DNA of 43,267 nucleotides from Planctomycetota bacterium (GCA_023135935.1 JAGLSU010000089.1:1-43267); one strand, 5' to 3'; shown: positions 25,377 to 35,065, counted from the first letter of the stretch. Program-made: numbers and translations. Notes: generated by a model from the letters alone, not told the origin.

Positions 25377-25793
25377 ATGGAAGAACCTGAGCCACTCGCG
25401 GAAAAACGAATAAGAATGAGATGGCTTGCATTAAGACCATACATTGTGATAATTCCTTTGTTTCTGATTGCACTCGTACTTTTCTTCAATTGGTATGTTC
25501 CCAGTAGCCTTAAAGCAGACCGAACAGAGACCGTGACCGTTGGGGACGAAATTGTCAAGGCATTAGACAGTTACTTTGGGGATCATAGTAAATATCCAAA
25601 TTCTCTTGAGGCACTTGTGCCGAAATATTTGGATAAGGTAAAACCACCTACTTGGGGTGAAGATGGCTGGCAATATCAATTAAATGGGCCAAATGGTAAA
25701 TCATTTGGACTTAAGGTAGGTTATAAGGGCAGGGATAATTCATACTATCCCGTAATATACTACAGTCCTTTGGGGTGGATTTTTGACAATTAG
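25377..25793 (+). CDS. single-TM membrane-anchored protein, possible additional immunity protein
   Basis: AAGGAG lies 9 nt upstream of the ATG. One TM helix (YIVIIPLFLIALVLFF) is followed by an 80-aa W/Y/G-rich domain. It sits in the RHS locus. Confidence 0.5.
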   Translation: MEEPEPLAEKRIRMRWLALRPYIVIIPLFLIALVLFFNWYVPSSLKADRTETVTVGDEIVKALDSYFGDHSKYPNSLEALVPKYLDKVKPPTWGEDGWQYQLNGPNGKSFGLKVGYKGRDNSYYPVIYYSPLGWIFDN

Positions 25794-25803
25794 TTACATC
25801 GCG

Positions 25804-25848
25804 AAGATGTCTTTGATTCAATAGCTCTTTCAGATGTTAATGGCTAGA
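25804..25848 (+). pseudogene. RHS core scrap (EDVFDSIALSDVNG*)
   Basis: 25821-25841 (atagctctttcagatgttaat) is identical to 23484-23504 inside the RHS core (IALSDVN). A stop follows immediately. Confidence 0.55.
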
Positions 25849-25975
25849 TTCTTTAAAAATCCAATATAATCGTAGCAAGTTTCATGTTCTCCCCAAAAAA
25901 ACTAGTGAGCACAAAATAAAAAGATTCAGAAATCACACCTTTTCTGAACTTTTATTAATAGGCAAATAAACAATT

Positions 25976-26137
25976 TTATTGTTTCTTTTTGTGGTATAAA
26001 TCTAAAATATAAACTAATTCTTGATTGGTATAAACATAAGATAATCTGAATGGGTGAATATAAAGTTCCCTCGTGCCTTTTCTGCCGTATTTCATAGGTT
26101 TTCCTATTTCAGGGTTCTTTTTAATTTTCTCTTTCAA
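25976..26137 (-). pseudogene. RelE/ParE-family toxin C-terminal fragment
   Basis: Hand translation gives (L/M)KEKIKKNPEIGKPMKYGRKGTRELYIHPFRLSYVYTNQELVYILDLYHKKKQ*. This resembles the C-terminal two thirds of RelE/ParE toxins. It is only 53 codons, has a stop just upstream, and no antitoxin is present. Confidence 0.5.
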
Positions 26138-26372
26138 TCTTTAATTTTGACCTGTGCTATCCAAATAGCACAGAATGCGCAAGGGGGGTAAAAAAAACGA
26201 CCCAAAAAGTACCGAAAGCGCCCGTTTTTGACCCGTTTCTACCCCAAAGCGCCCGAAAAGCGTCCCATTTTAACCGCATTTGACCGCGTTTTGAAAAAAC
26301 TTGCGCGAATTGTCTTACCTGTATTAGCAAAATCGCGCATTTGGTGCGAAAAACCTGTGGTAATTAAATTGA

Positions 26373-26460
26373 ATTGGCGAGTCGAATACTGTCAGTACCA
26401 TCGGCAATCCTTACATGTTCACCGGCAGAAGATTCGATGATGAAACTGGCCGGTGGGGAA
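26373..26460 (+). pseudogene. RHS core scrap (IGESNTVSTIGNPYMFTGRRFDDETGRWG...)
   Basis: NPYMFTGRRFDDETG matches NPYLFTGRRYDGEAG of the upstream RHS tip. It is bounded by a stop at 26370-26372 and loses similarity before the YYYRAR motif. Confidence 0.6.
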
Positions 26461-26462
26461 AT

Positions 26463-26498
26463 AAAAAAACCGAGCAGGTTTTAAATTTGCCTGCTCGG
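26463..26498 (-). terminator. rho-independent terminator of rpsU
   Basis: Perfect 9-bp stem ccgagcagg/cctgctcgg with an 11-nt loop, followed on the minus strand by a run of 7 T. It lies 30 nt downstream of the rpsU stop. Confidence 0.85.
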
Positions 26499-26527
26499 AT
26501 TAAAAGTCAATAATTATTAGGTTCTGA

Positions 26528-26710
26528 TTAGAGACCCATGTTTGCGCTTCGCTGGGCCTTGCGCATTCTTCTGCGGTTCTTCACTGATGGCTTCTCATAA
26601 TAGGCATTACGCTTTATGTCTCTGATTAGACCTTCTTTTTCACACAGCTTTTTAAAACGCCGCATCATCTGCTGCACTGATTCGCCTGCTCGTGATTTGA
26701 CTATCAACAT
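26528..26710 (-). CDS. rpsU: 30S ribosomal protein S21
   Basis: 60 aa and very basic. RRFKKLCEKEGLIRDIKRNAYYEKPS is typical of S21. Confidence 0.9.
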   Translation of the reverse strand: MLIVKSRAGESVQQMMRRFKKLCEKEGLIRDIKRNAYYEKPSVKNRRRMRKAQRSANMGL

Positions 26711-27008
26711 ACAAAAAACCTTTCCTGCACTTTAAAAACACAAGTAATAAATGAAATACGCTCTACGTCTTAAATCGTCAAAAAACTTCGAATTAGTTAC
26801 TATAATCTGAATTTTATGCTTTTTCAAGCCAAAAATTTTCCTATATAGCGGCAAACCTGAAAATAAGCTTTTTAAGCTAAAAAATACCGCTTCGGACCCA
26901 AAAAACCTATAAATTTGCCAACTATTGCAGCGTTATTGAGTAATGTACATAGATATGTTAAAATGAATGAAGAAGCGGCTTTTTCTATTTGTAAGTGGAG
27001 AATTTTAA

Positions 27009-28325
27009 TTGGAAAAATTGCGTCAGACGTTGAGAGTTAAAAAAGAGCGGGCGATTTTGGTGGCTGCTATCTTAGCTAAGCAAAAAGATGGGGACGATTT
27101 GTTCGAGCTTACCGCCTTAGCCGAAAGTGCTGGTGCGCTCGTAGTGGATAGATTCCAGCAGAAAATCCGCAGACCTAATCCGGCTACCTGTATAGGAAAA
27201 GGTAAAGCCAACCAACTTGCTGAAAGAGTCGAACGCTTTAAAGCCGATGTCGTGATATTTGATAATAACCTTTCACCTGCCCAAATCCGTGAACTCGAAG
27301 AAATTGTAAAGGTCAAAGTGCTCGACCGAAGCGAATTGATTTTGGATATATTTGCCACAAGAGCCAAAACGAAACAAGCCAAATTGCAGGTGGAATTGGC
27401 TCAGTTGGAATATACGTATCCGCGACTGACCAGGATGTGGTCACACCTTGATACCGTTGCCGGTGCGGGCGGCGCCGGTGCCGCTGGTGCCGTAGGTGGT
27501 ATTGGTACAAGAGGGCCCGGCGAGCAGCAGTTGGAAATTGACCGTAGATTAGTCGGCAAACGAATTACAGACCTGAAACGAGAACTTGCAAATATCGATA
27601 AACGTAAAATCCGTGAAATTAACGGCCGGAAAGGTTTATTCAAAGTAAGTCTTGTCGGATATACCAATGCAGGGAAAAGCATGTTGCTGAACGCACTTAC
27701 CGATGCGGATGTTTTCGTGGAAGACAGACTCTTTGCAACGCTCGATACGAGAACAAAAAAATGGAAACCAGACAAGGGCTCAGAAGTTCTTCTCAGTGAC
27801 ACCGTTGGTTTTGTAAAAAAATTACCCCATCAACTGGTTGCTTCTTTCAAAGCTACACTCGAGGAAGCCATCAACGCAGACCTGCTTCTGCATGTTATAG
27901 ATGTCGCTAACCCAAATGTGCTGAAACAGATTGAATCCGTAAATAATGTTTTGTCGGAAATCGGTTGCGGCAAGAAAACGACTTTATTGGTGTTCAACAA
28001 AGTTGATATTGTCAGGCAAATCGGTGACCTTGAAATGCTCCAAACATTGTTTCCTGATGCTCTCTGCGTATCTGCAAAGACCGGTTTCGGATTGGAACAA
28101 CTCAGCGAAGTGGTATCCGCGCAATACAAAGGCTCAGAATTGTTACTGCGAGTCCGCAGCAGCCAATCAAACGGCAAGGTCCAAAGTTTCCTGCGGGCTT
28201 ACGGTAAAATCATCAAAGAACAATATAAGGATAGCTTTGTTTTGATTGAAGCTAACCTGGGGCAAAACCAGTTGCCTGATTTGGAAAAGCTTAAACCACA
28301 GAGTATAGAAATTATCCAAAGTTAA
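27009..28325 (+). CDS. hflX: GTPase HflX
   Basis: HflX N-domain, the glycine-rich GGIGTRGPGEQQLE segment, and G motifs GYTNAGKS, DTVGF and NKVD. TTG start. Confidence 0.9.
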   Translation: MEKLRQTLRVKKERAILVAAILAKQKDGDDLFELTALAESAGALVVDRFQQKIRRPNPATCIGKGKANQLAERVERFKADVVIFDNNLSPAQIRELEEIVKVKVLDRSELILDIFATRAKTKQAKLQVELAQLEYTYPRLTRMWSHLDTVAGAGGAGAAGAVGGIGTRGPGEQQLEIDRRLVGKRITDLKRELANIDKRKIREINGRKGLFKVSLVGYTNAGKSMLLNALTDADVFVEDRLFATLDTRTKKWKPDKGSEVLLSDTVGFVKKLPHQLVASFKATLEEAINADLLLHVIDVANPNVLKQIESVNNVLSEIGCGKKTTLLVFNKVDIVRQIGDLEMLQTLFPDALCVSAKTGFGLEQLSEVVSAQYKGSELLLRVRSSQSNGKVQSFLRAYGKIIKEQYKDSFVLIEANLGQNQLPDLEKLKPQSIEIIQS

Positions 28326-28373
28326 AAAAACAATTGTTGAAATTCCCCTCTCCGGTTGTTCTAATGCATTTCT

Positions 28374-29369
28374 ATGTTTAGTAATATTTCCATAATCGGC
28401 GATGGCGCAATGGGCACCGTTTTGGCGATGCTGCTTTGCGAAAAAAATATACCCGTGCGTATGTGGGGTTATGACGCCGAGCAGCTGAAACAAATACAGT
28501 CAGCTGGCGAGAATAAAAAGTTTCTGCCCGGTTATGAACTTCCCTCTTCTCTGGAATTCGACTCTGATGACAAAAGTATAATGACCGATGTCGACCTGAT
28601 TGTCTCAGCAGTGCCTTGTCAATTTATGAGGCCGATTTGGAACAGGTTAAAAGAAAATGTTCCGAAAAATGTCCCCATTGTTACAGTTACCAAAGGTATT
28701 GAAAATGACACGTTGTTGTGTCCGACTCAGATGCTTGCCGATGTACTTGGTGATAGCTTAACCGCTGTTGTTCTTTCCGGACCGACTATTGCTGATGAAC
28801 TTGCCAGGAAACTGCCTGCTACCGCCTGTTCGGCCTGTGTTGATGAAGAAATAGCCAAGCAAGTGCAACACACTTTTAATACTGCCTGGTTTCGAGTTTA
28901 TACCAACACAGATGTTATTGGAGTTGAGTTAGCAGGTGCCATGAAAAACGTTATCGCAATTGCCGCCGGAATCATAGACGGTATAGGTGCCGGTGATAAC
29001 GCAAAGGCTGCTCTTCTAAGCAGGGGACTTACCGAAATAACCCGCCTTGGGATTGCCTGTGGAGCGAAACCGCAAACATTCGCGGGACTGACCGGGCTTG
29101 GTGATTTAGTGACAACCTGTGTATCGCCAAAGGGAAGAAATCGGTCTTTTGGCGAACGGATTGGAAAAGAACAAAATGTAAAACAAGCCCAGGAAGCCAC
29201 CGAATCAGTTATAGAAGGTGTAGCAACATGTGAATCCGTAATTGCCCTCGCGGACAAATATAATGTAGAAATGCCTATTGCCTCTGCGGTTTATCAAGTG
29301 CTCTTTGAGAACAAACCGGTACAGACAGCAATAGCCGATTTGATGCAGCGACAGCTAAAAGCCGAGTAG
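28374..29369 (+). CDS. gpsA: NAD(P)H-dependent glycerol-3-phosphate dehydrogenase
   Basis: Rossmann motif IIGDGAMGT, plus GAMKNVIAIAAGI and GLGDLVTTC. Confidence 0.92.
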   Translation: MFSNISIIGDGAMGTVLAMLLCEKNIPVRMWGYDAEQLKQIQSAGENKKFLPGYELPSSLEFDSDDKSIMTDVDLIVSAVPCQFMRPIWNRLKENVPKNVPIVTVTKGIENDTLLCPTQMLADVLGDSLTAVVLSGPTIADELARKLPATACSACVDEEIAKQVQHTFNTAWFRVYTNTDVIGVELAGAMKNVIAIAAGIIDGIGAGDNAKAALLSRGLTEITRLGIACGAKPQTFAGLTGLGDLVTTCVSPKGRNRSFGERIGKEQNVKQAQEATESVIEGVATCESVIALADKYNVEMPIASAVYQVLFENKPVQTAIADLMQRQLKAE

Positions 29370-29663
29370 GTATTTAGGGTACATCTTATCGGCCTAAGAC
29401 TCTATTTTTCCAAATTTGTTATTAAATTTTTTTTACCTTACACACCTGCCTTAAAAATTTCATATCCGGTAAATGCAAAAAGAAAAGCTTTTTATCGGAT
29501 GCAAAGAAAACCTCTTCTCTCATCGCAATAGAATCGCAAAATAATACGGCCTTTATTTTAATTGCAATTTGGCGGGGCGAACCTTGTTTTCTATATTTTA
29601 GTTAGAAAAAACAACCATGAGGAGGTATTTGACCTTAAAGTTTAGCATTTTTTAGGTGTTGAT

Positions 29664-30635
29664 ATGTTTGAGTCTTTAAAAAACTGTACGTATCTGAAAG
29701 GGCCCGTCTTGGCACTTACGAAACGCAACTTCATTGGGATAGACGTGGGCTATGATGCTGTAAAAATGGTTCAACTCGATGATGATGGGGGCAGTATAAG
29801 CCTAATCGCCGGTGGTGTTGAAAATTGTCCGTCGCAGATGACACCGGGCAGCGGTGATTGGCAAAGATGGGCAGCCGAAACTATCTCTGACTTAATTGTG
29901 AACGACAGGTTCAAAGGCAGAGATGTCGTAGCTGCAATACCGGCAAATGAAATCTTGATTGAGCTTATGAAAATACCGAAAACAAATAACCGCAAGGCCG
30001 AAGATACCATTTTTTCGAAGGTAAGGGAAAAGCTGCCGTTTGATTCTGTGGATGTGATAATGAGGTACATTTCAACGGAAGAGGATAATTGCTTGGTGAT
30101 GGTCACTGAGCGAGAAAAAATCGACAGGCATTTGGCGATATACGAAAAAGCCAATCTGCAGATTAAAACTATCAACTCCTGGCCGGTATCGTTGATAAAC
30201 ACCTACACCACGTTTTTTGGCAGACGCAAATCCGACATCGATACTGTTGTTATGCTACTCGATATAGGAATCGATTATACGAATGTTGTAATCTGTCGTC
30301 ACAAAAATCTACTCTTTGCTCGTCTGATACCGATAGGGGCAGACAGTCTTAATGACGATGAAATTTCAAACAGATTAATTTCGGAATTAACCGATTGCAA
30401 ACAGCAGTTCAGTTCAATGTACAGAAAAGCCAAAATCCAACGATTAATTTTCCTTTCACCCGGAATCGTAAACAGAAATGTATATGAAACGATAGCACAG
30501 CGACTGTCAATGCCGGCGCAGATGGGTGATTGCCTGGCAGCAGTGGAAATGCCGACAGATTGGGACGGTTCGGGAATAGATAGAAGAGATTCAAGAATTA
30601 ATTGGGCTACCGCCTTCGGGCTTAGCTTATCGTAA
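29664..30635 (+). CDS. pilM: type IV pilus assembly protein PilM (actin-like ATPase fold)
   Basis: FIGIDVGYDAVKMVQL N-terminal phosphate motif, appropriate size, and position first in a pilMNO array. Confidence 0.8.
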   Translation: MFESLKNCTYLKGPVLALTKRNFIGIDVGYDAVKMVQLDDDGGSISLIAGGVENCPSQMTPGSGDWQRWAAETISDLIVNDRFKGRDVVAAIPANEILIELMKIPKTNNRKAEDTIFSKVREKLPFDSVDVIMRYISTEEDNCLVMVTEREKIDRHLAIYEKANLQIKTINSWPVSLINTYTTFFGRRKSDIDTVVMLLDIGIDYTNVVICRHKNLLFARLIPIGADSLNDDEISNRLISELTDCKQQFSSMYRKAKIQRLIFLSPGIVNRNVYETIAQRLSMPAQMGDCLAAVEMPTDWDGSGIDRRDSRINWATAFGLSLS

Positions 30636-30646
30636 GAGGATATGCC

Positions 30647-31339
30647 ATGATTAATATGAATTTTGTGCCTGAGGATTATATTCGTAACAGCGAGTTTCGC
30701 AGAACGAACCTGTTTTATCTGGTATTGTTCGTTGTGGTGATGGTGGCATTGAGCGGTTCTTTTGCTACTATCAAAATGAGACAGCGAGCTCTTGATGAAA
30801 AGGAAAGAATCGTAAATGAAAAAATGATTCAGACAAAAGAGGCCATAAAGCAGTTTGAACAACTTCAGGAAAAACGCAGGGTTATGATGAAAACTGCTCT
30901 TGTTACGGCTGATTTGCTCGAATCGGTACCGAGAAGTGTACTGCTGGCTTCATTGACGAATAATCTTCCATCGGGAGTTTCACTTCTGCAACTGAAGCTC
31001 GTTCAGAGGAAGCCGAAGAATTCTACTGCTCGCCATAAGACTGCGTCCGCCAGTAAATATCAATCGCTTCAAGCCCAGAATGCGGCTAGGCAAGTTTCAC
31101 AGGAGAAGCTATTAGAAACCCACATTGATATTGAAGGCATCGCTCCCAGTAATCTCGAGGTGGCCTCCTATATCAAGAAACTGAGCAATTCAACTTTGCT
31201 GGACAATGTGACGCTCGTGGAATCTAAAGAGCAGAAAATAGATGATATGGTATTCAGACAATTCAAACTGACAGCTATGCTGAAAAAAGATATCAGCCTT
31301 ATCAGTGAGGATGTAGAAAAAATAAAACACCCAGTATAA
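30647..31339 (+). CDS. pilN: PilN-like bitopic assembly protein
   Basis: The N-terminus MINMNFVPEDY resembles the INLLP motif, followed by a TM helix and a coiled-coil. The call rests mainly on synteny. Confidence 0.65.
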   Translation: MINMNFVPEDYIRNSEFRRTNLFYLVLFVVVMVALSGSFATIKMRQRALDEKERIVNEKMIQTKEAIKQFEQLQEKRRVMMKTALVTADLLESVPRSVLLASLTNNLPSGVSLLQLKLVQRKPKNSTARHKTASASKYQSLQAQNAARQVSQEKLLETHIDIEGIAPSNLEVASYIKKLSNSTLLDNVTLVESKEQKIDDMVFRQFKLTAMLKKDISLISEDVEKIKHPV

Positions 31340-31357
31340 AAAACAGGATATAAAATT

Positions 31358-31894
31358 ATGAAGACCGGATTAAGAAAAGTTATTTTTTTCGTTATATTAA
31401 TAGGCATAGCCTGGATAGCATACCAGTATATGATTAAGCCAGCCAACAAGAGTCTGGCCGAACAGAAAAAACGTTGCTCTGTAAAGATGGCGAAATTGGC
31501 CGAGTTTGAAAAAGCTACCGCTGCAGCCGAGGATTTAAATAGACAGCTTGAACAATTGCAGGAGGCAATAGGTTTCTTTGAGAGTAAGTTGCCGCCGAAA
31601 ACTCAAATCCACGAAGTTCTCAAACAGGTAACCTTGATTGCACAAAAGCATGGTCTCGAACCAAAAACGATTCGGACGTTGACCAAGAAGAACAATAGTG
31701 GCTACATAGAGCAGCCCTTAAAAATGGAACTAATCGGCAATTTTAACTCGTTTTATTCGTTCCTGCTGGAACTGGAGAAACTTCCGCGAATAATGAAAAT
31801 ACGGGACCTCGATTTAAAAAAGCAGGACGGCAGCGAGGGACAAATTACAGCTGATTTCGTAGTAAGTGTATTCTTACAAAATGTAGTTGGCTGA
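31358..31894 (+). CDS. pilO: PilO-like assembly protein
   Basis: TM helix, coiled-coil, then a ferredoxin-like C-domain (MELIGNFNSFYSFLLELEKLPRIMKI). Confidence 0.7.
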   Translation: MKTGLRKVIFFVILIGIAWIAYQYMIKPANKSLAEQKKRCSVKMAKLAEFEKATAAAEDLNRQLEQLQEAIGFFESKLPPKTQIHEVLKQVTLIAQKHGLEPKTIRTLTKKNNSGYIEQPLKMELIGNFNSFYSFLLELEKLPRIMKIRDLDLKKQDGSEGQITADFVVSVFLQNVVG

Positions 31895-31922
31895 TTTTAA
31901 TTTTTTAATAGGAATAAATAAC

Positions 31923-32549
31923 ATGATGGATTTTGTAAAAGAACAAGGGCAGCAAATTCCTCAGCAGGAGGAGTCTCAATCTGTAGAGGAGGGAAAGACT
32001 CCTGACGATACTCAGGAGTATCTTACCGTAGCAGCCAAAGATAAAGATGTTCGCAAAACAACCTATCTACTGGCTTTTTTGTTTGTTATTGGCCTGTTGT
32101 GTCTCGGGATTATGATAAAAAAGAGTACGCTCCAGACCGCAATAGCATCCGCAGTTACCACAGAAGAATCACAGATTGAAGCGGCAATCGCACAGTTGAC
32201 AGGTGTCAAGTCGGAAATGTTTAGCCGTCTGGATGAGATAGTTAATAAGTTTTATCAGTTTAGCGATATCCCGCAGGTAAAAGTAAATGAGTTGGTCAAG
32301 AATCCATTTAAGCACCAACTGGCTTATGGGATAGATACATTAGCCAATATAGATCAGGCAAGTGCCGATATGCAGTTGCTGAGCATTATGCGGTCAGGTA
32401 AGGATAACGCAAGCCAGTGCTGCATGATAGACGACAAGATTCTTTATGAGGGAGATTCTATAAGGGGTTTCAAAGTTCTCCGGATTGGTAATAATTTTGT
32501 CAAGCTCGGATTAAAAGGCACTGAGTTAGTCTTGAGGCTGTCGGAATGA
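31923..32549 (+). CDS. PilP/GspC-like membrane-anchored protein (tentative)
   Basis: Track ORF starts at TTG 31887, and the first ATG is at 31923. It has an acidic N-terminus, one TM helix and a C-terminal beta domain (LLSIM...CMIDDKILYEGDSIRGFKVLRIGNNFVKL) reminiscent of PilP/GspC HR domains. Confidence 0.4.
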   Translation: MMDFVKEQGQQIPQQEESQSVEEGKTPDDTQEYLTVAAKDKDVRKTTYLLAFLFVIGLLCLGIMIKKSTLQTAIASAVTTEESQIEAAIAQLTGVKSEMFSRLDEIVNKFYQFSDIPQVKVNELVKNPFKHQLAYGIDTLANIDQASADMQLLSIMRSGKDNASQCCMIDDKILYEGDSIRGFKVLRIGNNFVKLGLKGTELVLRLSE

Positions 32550-33946
32550 AACTATCATTGGACCAGGATGAACAGATACTGGGGCTAAGCAATATTTATT
32601 CGCCGCCCGAGGAGCATTCCGAACAGCCCCGCGAGGAGCCAAAGGTTCAGGAAGTTGATTATCACTTTGATGATATCATCAACGACATGTCGGAAATCGA
32701 GGTTATCACCGAGCGGAAAGATGATTCTGAAGACCTCGAAGAAATGGCGGCTCAGTCGCCGGTAATTAAATTCGTCAATAATCTAATAAGTGATGCAATA
32801 CATAAAGAAATCAGCGACATTCATATCGAGCCCAAAGGTAAGTTTACAAGAATAAGATATCGCATAGATGGTGTGCTTTTCGAGACGATGCAAATGCCGT
32901 TGAAAATGCACCCAGCTATTGTTTCTCGTATTAAAATTATGTCCAACCTTGATATTTCGGAAAGGCGCTTACCTCAGGACGGGAAAATATCCGTCGTTAT
33001 AGCGGGTAGAGCTGTTGACCTGAGAGTTTCAACACTGCCAACAAGTCATGGTGAAAAAACAGTTATCCGTCTGCTCGATAGCAAGTCGATTATGCGAGGT
33101 TTCGAACAGATGGGTATGGAGCTTGATGTGTTGACGGTATTTAAAGAGCAAATATCTTTGCCTCACGGAATTTTGCTTGTCACAGGGCCTACCGGTTCGG
33201 GCAAAAGCACCACGTTGTATTCGGCCTTGTCACAAATGGATGGCGACAGATTGAATATTTCAACGGTCGAAGACCCCGTAGAGTATGAACTTGGTTTTTG
33301 CAATCAGGTGCAGGTAAACGAAAAAATCGGGCTCGATTTTGCTTCAGCACTTAGAAGTTTGCTGCGGCAGGACCCCGATGTAATAATGATAGGAGAGATT
33401 CGAGATAATCAGACCGCGCACATTGCAGTACAGGCTGCGCTAACTGGACACACAGTTCTCTCGACGCTTCACACCAATGATGCAGCAAGCAGTGTTACAA
33501 GATTGGTCGACATCGGAATCGACGCATATTTGATAGCAGCCTCATTAAATGCGGTCCTTGCACAAAGATTAGTAAGAAAAATATGTCCCGATTGTAAGCA
33601 AATTTATCAGGTCCCAGAAAATATGCGTCAATACGTCGAAAAGACGGGTCTCGACTCGCAGCAGCTTTACTATGGTGCCGGTTGTGACAATTGTAGGAAA
33701 TCGGGATATTTAGGTAGAATTGGAATTTATGAGCTGCTGATTATTGACGATATATTCAAGGATATGATTAACAAGGACGCCTCCGTTGTAAATATGCGAC
33801 AGGCGTTTCATCAAAGCGGGCAACCGAGTTTGTTTGATGATGGAATAAAAAAAGTTCAGCAAGGCCTGACAACGATAGAAGAGGTTTTAAGAGTGACAGA
33901 GATGTATGAGCGAGGCGAAGGAAATGTTCAAAACGATGCTTATTAA
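32546..33946 (+). CDS. pilB: GspE/PilB-family assembly ATPase
   Basis: Walker A GPTGSGKST, Asp box, Walker B, His box (GHTVLSTLHTND) and tetracysteine motif CPDC...CDNC. At 466 aa it has only a short acidic N-terminus. Confidence 0.88.
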   Translation: MKLSLDQDEQILGLSNIYSPPEEHSEQPREEPKVQEVDYHFDDIINDMSEIEVITERKDDSEDLEEMAAQSPVIKFVNNLISDAIHKEISDIHIEPKGKFTRIRYRIDGVLFETMQMPLKMHPAIVSRIKIMSNLDISERRLPQDGKISVVIAGRAVDLRVSTLPTSHGEKTVIRLLDSKSIMRGFEQMGMELDVLTVFKEQISLPHGILLVTGPTGSGKSTTLYSALSQMDGDRLNISTVEDPVEYELGFCNQVQVNEKIGLDFASALRSLLRQDPDVIMIGEIRDNQTAHIAVQAALTGHTVLSTLHTNDAASSVTRLVDIGIDAYLIAASLNAVLAQRLVRKICPDCKQIYQVPENMRQYVEKTGLDSQQLYYGAGCDNCRKSGYLGRIGIYELLIIDDIFKDMINKDASVVNMRQAFHQSGQPSLFDDGIKKVQQGLTTIEEVLRVTEMYERGEGNVQNDAY

Positions 33947-33961
33947 GCGGGGAGTTTTGAA

Positions 33962-35065
33962 ATGACTGATGTAAAAACTATATTGGGCGTGGCGATAGAA
34001 CAAGAAGCAAGTGACGTTCACATCAACGTTGGTATGCCACCTGTGTTGCGAAAAAATACCGAATTAGTAAAAACGGAATTTCCTATTGTTACCGCTACAG
34101 ATGCAAAAGAAATGGTTCTTGGAATGGTCGGTCCGGAAAGATTCGAGAAGTTTAAAGAAAAGAATGACCTCGACTTTTCGCTGACTGTCAACGATGGCCA
34201 TCGTTGTCGGGTCAATGCTCATTACCAGCGCGATACTGTTGCAATCTCCTTTAGAATAATTCCGAACCAAATCCCTATCGTAGATGATTTGCATCTGCCG
34301 CCGATAGTCAAGGAATTGATAGACCTGCCTCGAGGCTTGGTGCTGGTGACGGGTCACACCGGTTCCGGTAAAAGCACAACGTTGGCAGCAATGGTGGGCG
34401 CAATAAATATAAAGTATAAAAAACGCATAATCACTCTGGAAGACCCTATCGAATATTTGATTGAAAATGAACTGGGTATGGTCGAACAGCGGGAAATTGG
34501 CAGTGACTGCCCCGATTTCGCATCCGGATTGAAACATGCGTTAAGGCAGGACCCTGATATTATTATGGTTGGTGAAATGAGAGACCTGGAGACCACAAGC
34601 TCTACAATTACAGCTGCGGAAACAGGCCATCTTGTTTTCAGTACGCTCCACACGATTAACGCTCCTCAGACCATCGAACGTATTATCGATATTTATCCTG
34701 CCAATCAACAAAATCAAATTCGGACAATGCTCGCCAATACTCTGCAAGCCGTTATCTCACAGACACTATTCAGGCGAATAGATAAGCCGGGAATGGTGCC
34801 GTGTGTAGAACTGTTGCTGTGTACCTCTGCCGTGAGAAACTGTATTCGTGAAAACAGAATCTACGAGATACCGAACATTATCGAAACTTCACGCAGGGTG
34901 GGTATGCAGAATATGGATAGCGGCATTGCTGATATGTATTTCAAAGGTTATTTAGACAGAGAAGAAGCGATTATAAAATCAACCAATCCCGCAAAGATGG
35001 ACAAGTTACTTACACCTGTGGACCAGTTTGAAAATGTCCGGCCACCTCAGGTAATAATAAGTTGA
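33962..35065 (+). CDS. pilT: PilT-family retraction ATPase
   Basis: GHTGSGKSTT, GEMRD, and ETGHLVFSTLHT. Its 367-aa length is typical of PilT. Confidence 0.9.
   Translation: MTDVKTILGVAIEQEASDVHINVGMPPVLRKNTELVKTEFPIVTATDAKEMVLGMVGPERFEKFKEKNDLDFSLTVNDGHRCRVNAHYQRDTVAISFRIIPNQIPIVDDLHLPPIVKELIDLPRGLVLVTGHTGSGKSTTLAAMVGAINIKYKKRIITLEDPIEYLIENELGMVEQREIGSDCPDFASGLKHALRQDPDIIMVGEMRDLETTSSTITAAETGHLVFSTLHTINAPQTIERIIDIYPANQQNQIRTMLANTLQAVISQTLFRRIDKPGMVPCVELLLCTSAVRNCIRENRIYEIPNIIETSRRVGMQNMDSGIADMYFKGYLDREEAIIKSTNPAKMDKLLTPVDQFENVRPPQVIIS

Noticed and set aside
26228-26440. 70-aa plus-strand ORF.
   Set aside because: It starts at a non-ATG codon in the low-complexity patch and reads the RHS scrap in the wrong frame. 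It has no RBS.
27450-27520. Gly/Ala-rich run (GAGGAGAAGAVGGIGTRGPGE) in hflX as a possible insertion or repeat expansion.
   Set aside because: A glycine-rich segment ending in GxRGPGE is a normal HflX family feature. Only its length is slightly unusual, and I cannot judge that without an alignment.
27023-29257. Antisense or out-of-frame ORFs within hflX and gpsA (27023..27382, 27401..27802, 27830..28177, 28167..28493, 28898..29257 and others).
   Set aside because: They are shadow ORFs opposite genes with clear G-motifs (hflX) or a Rossmann motif (gpsA).
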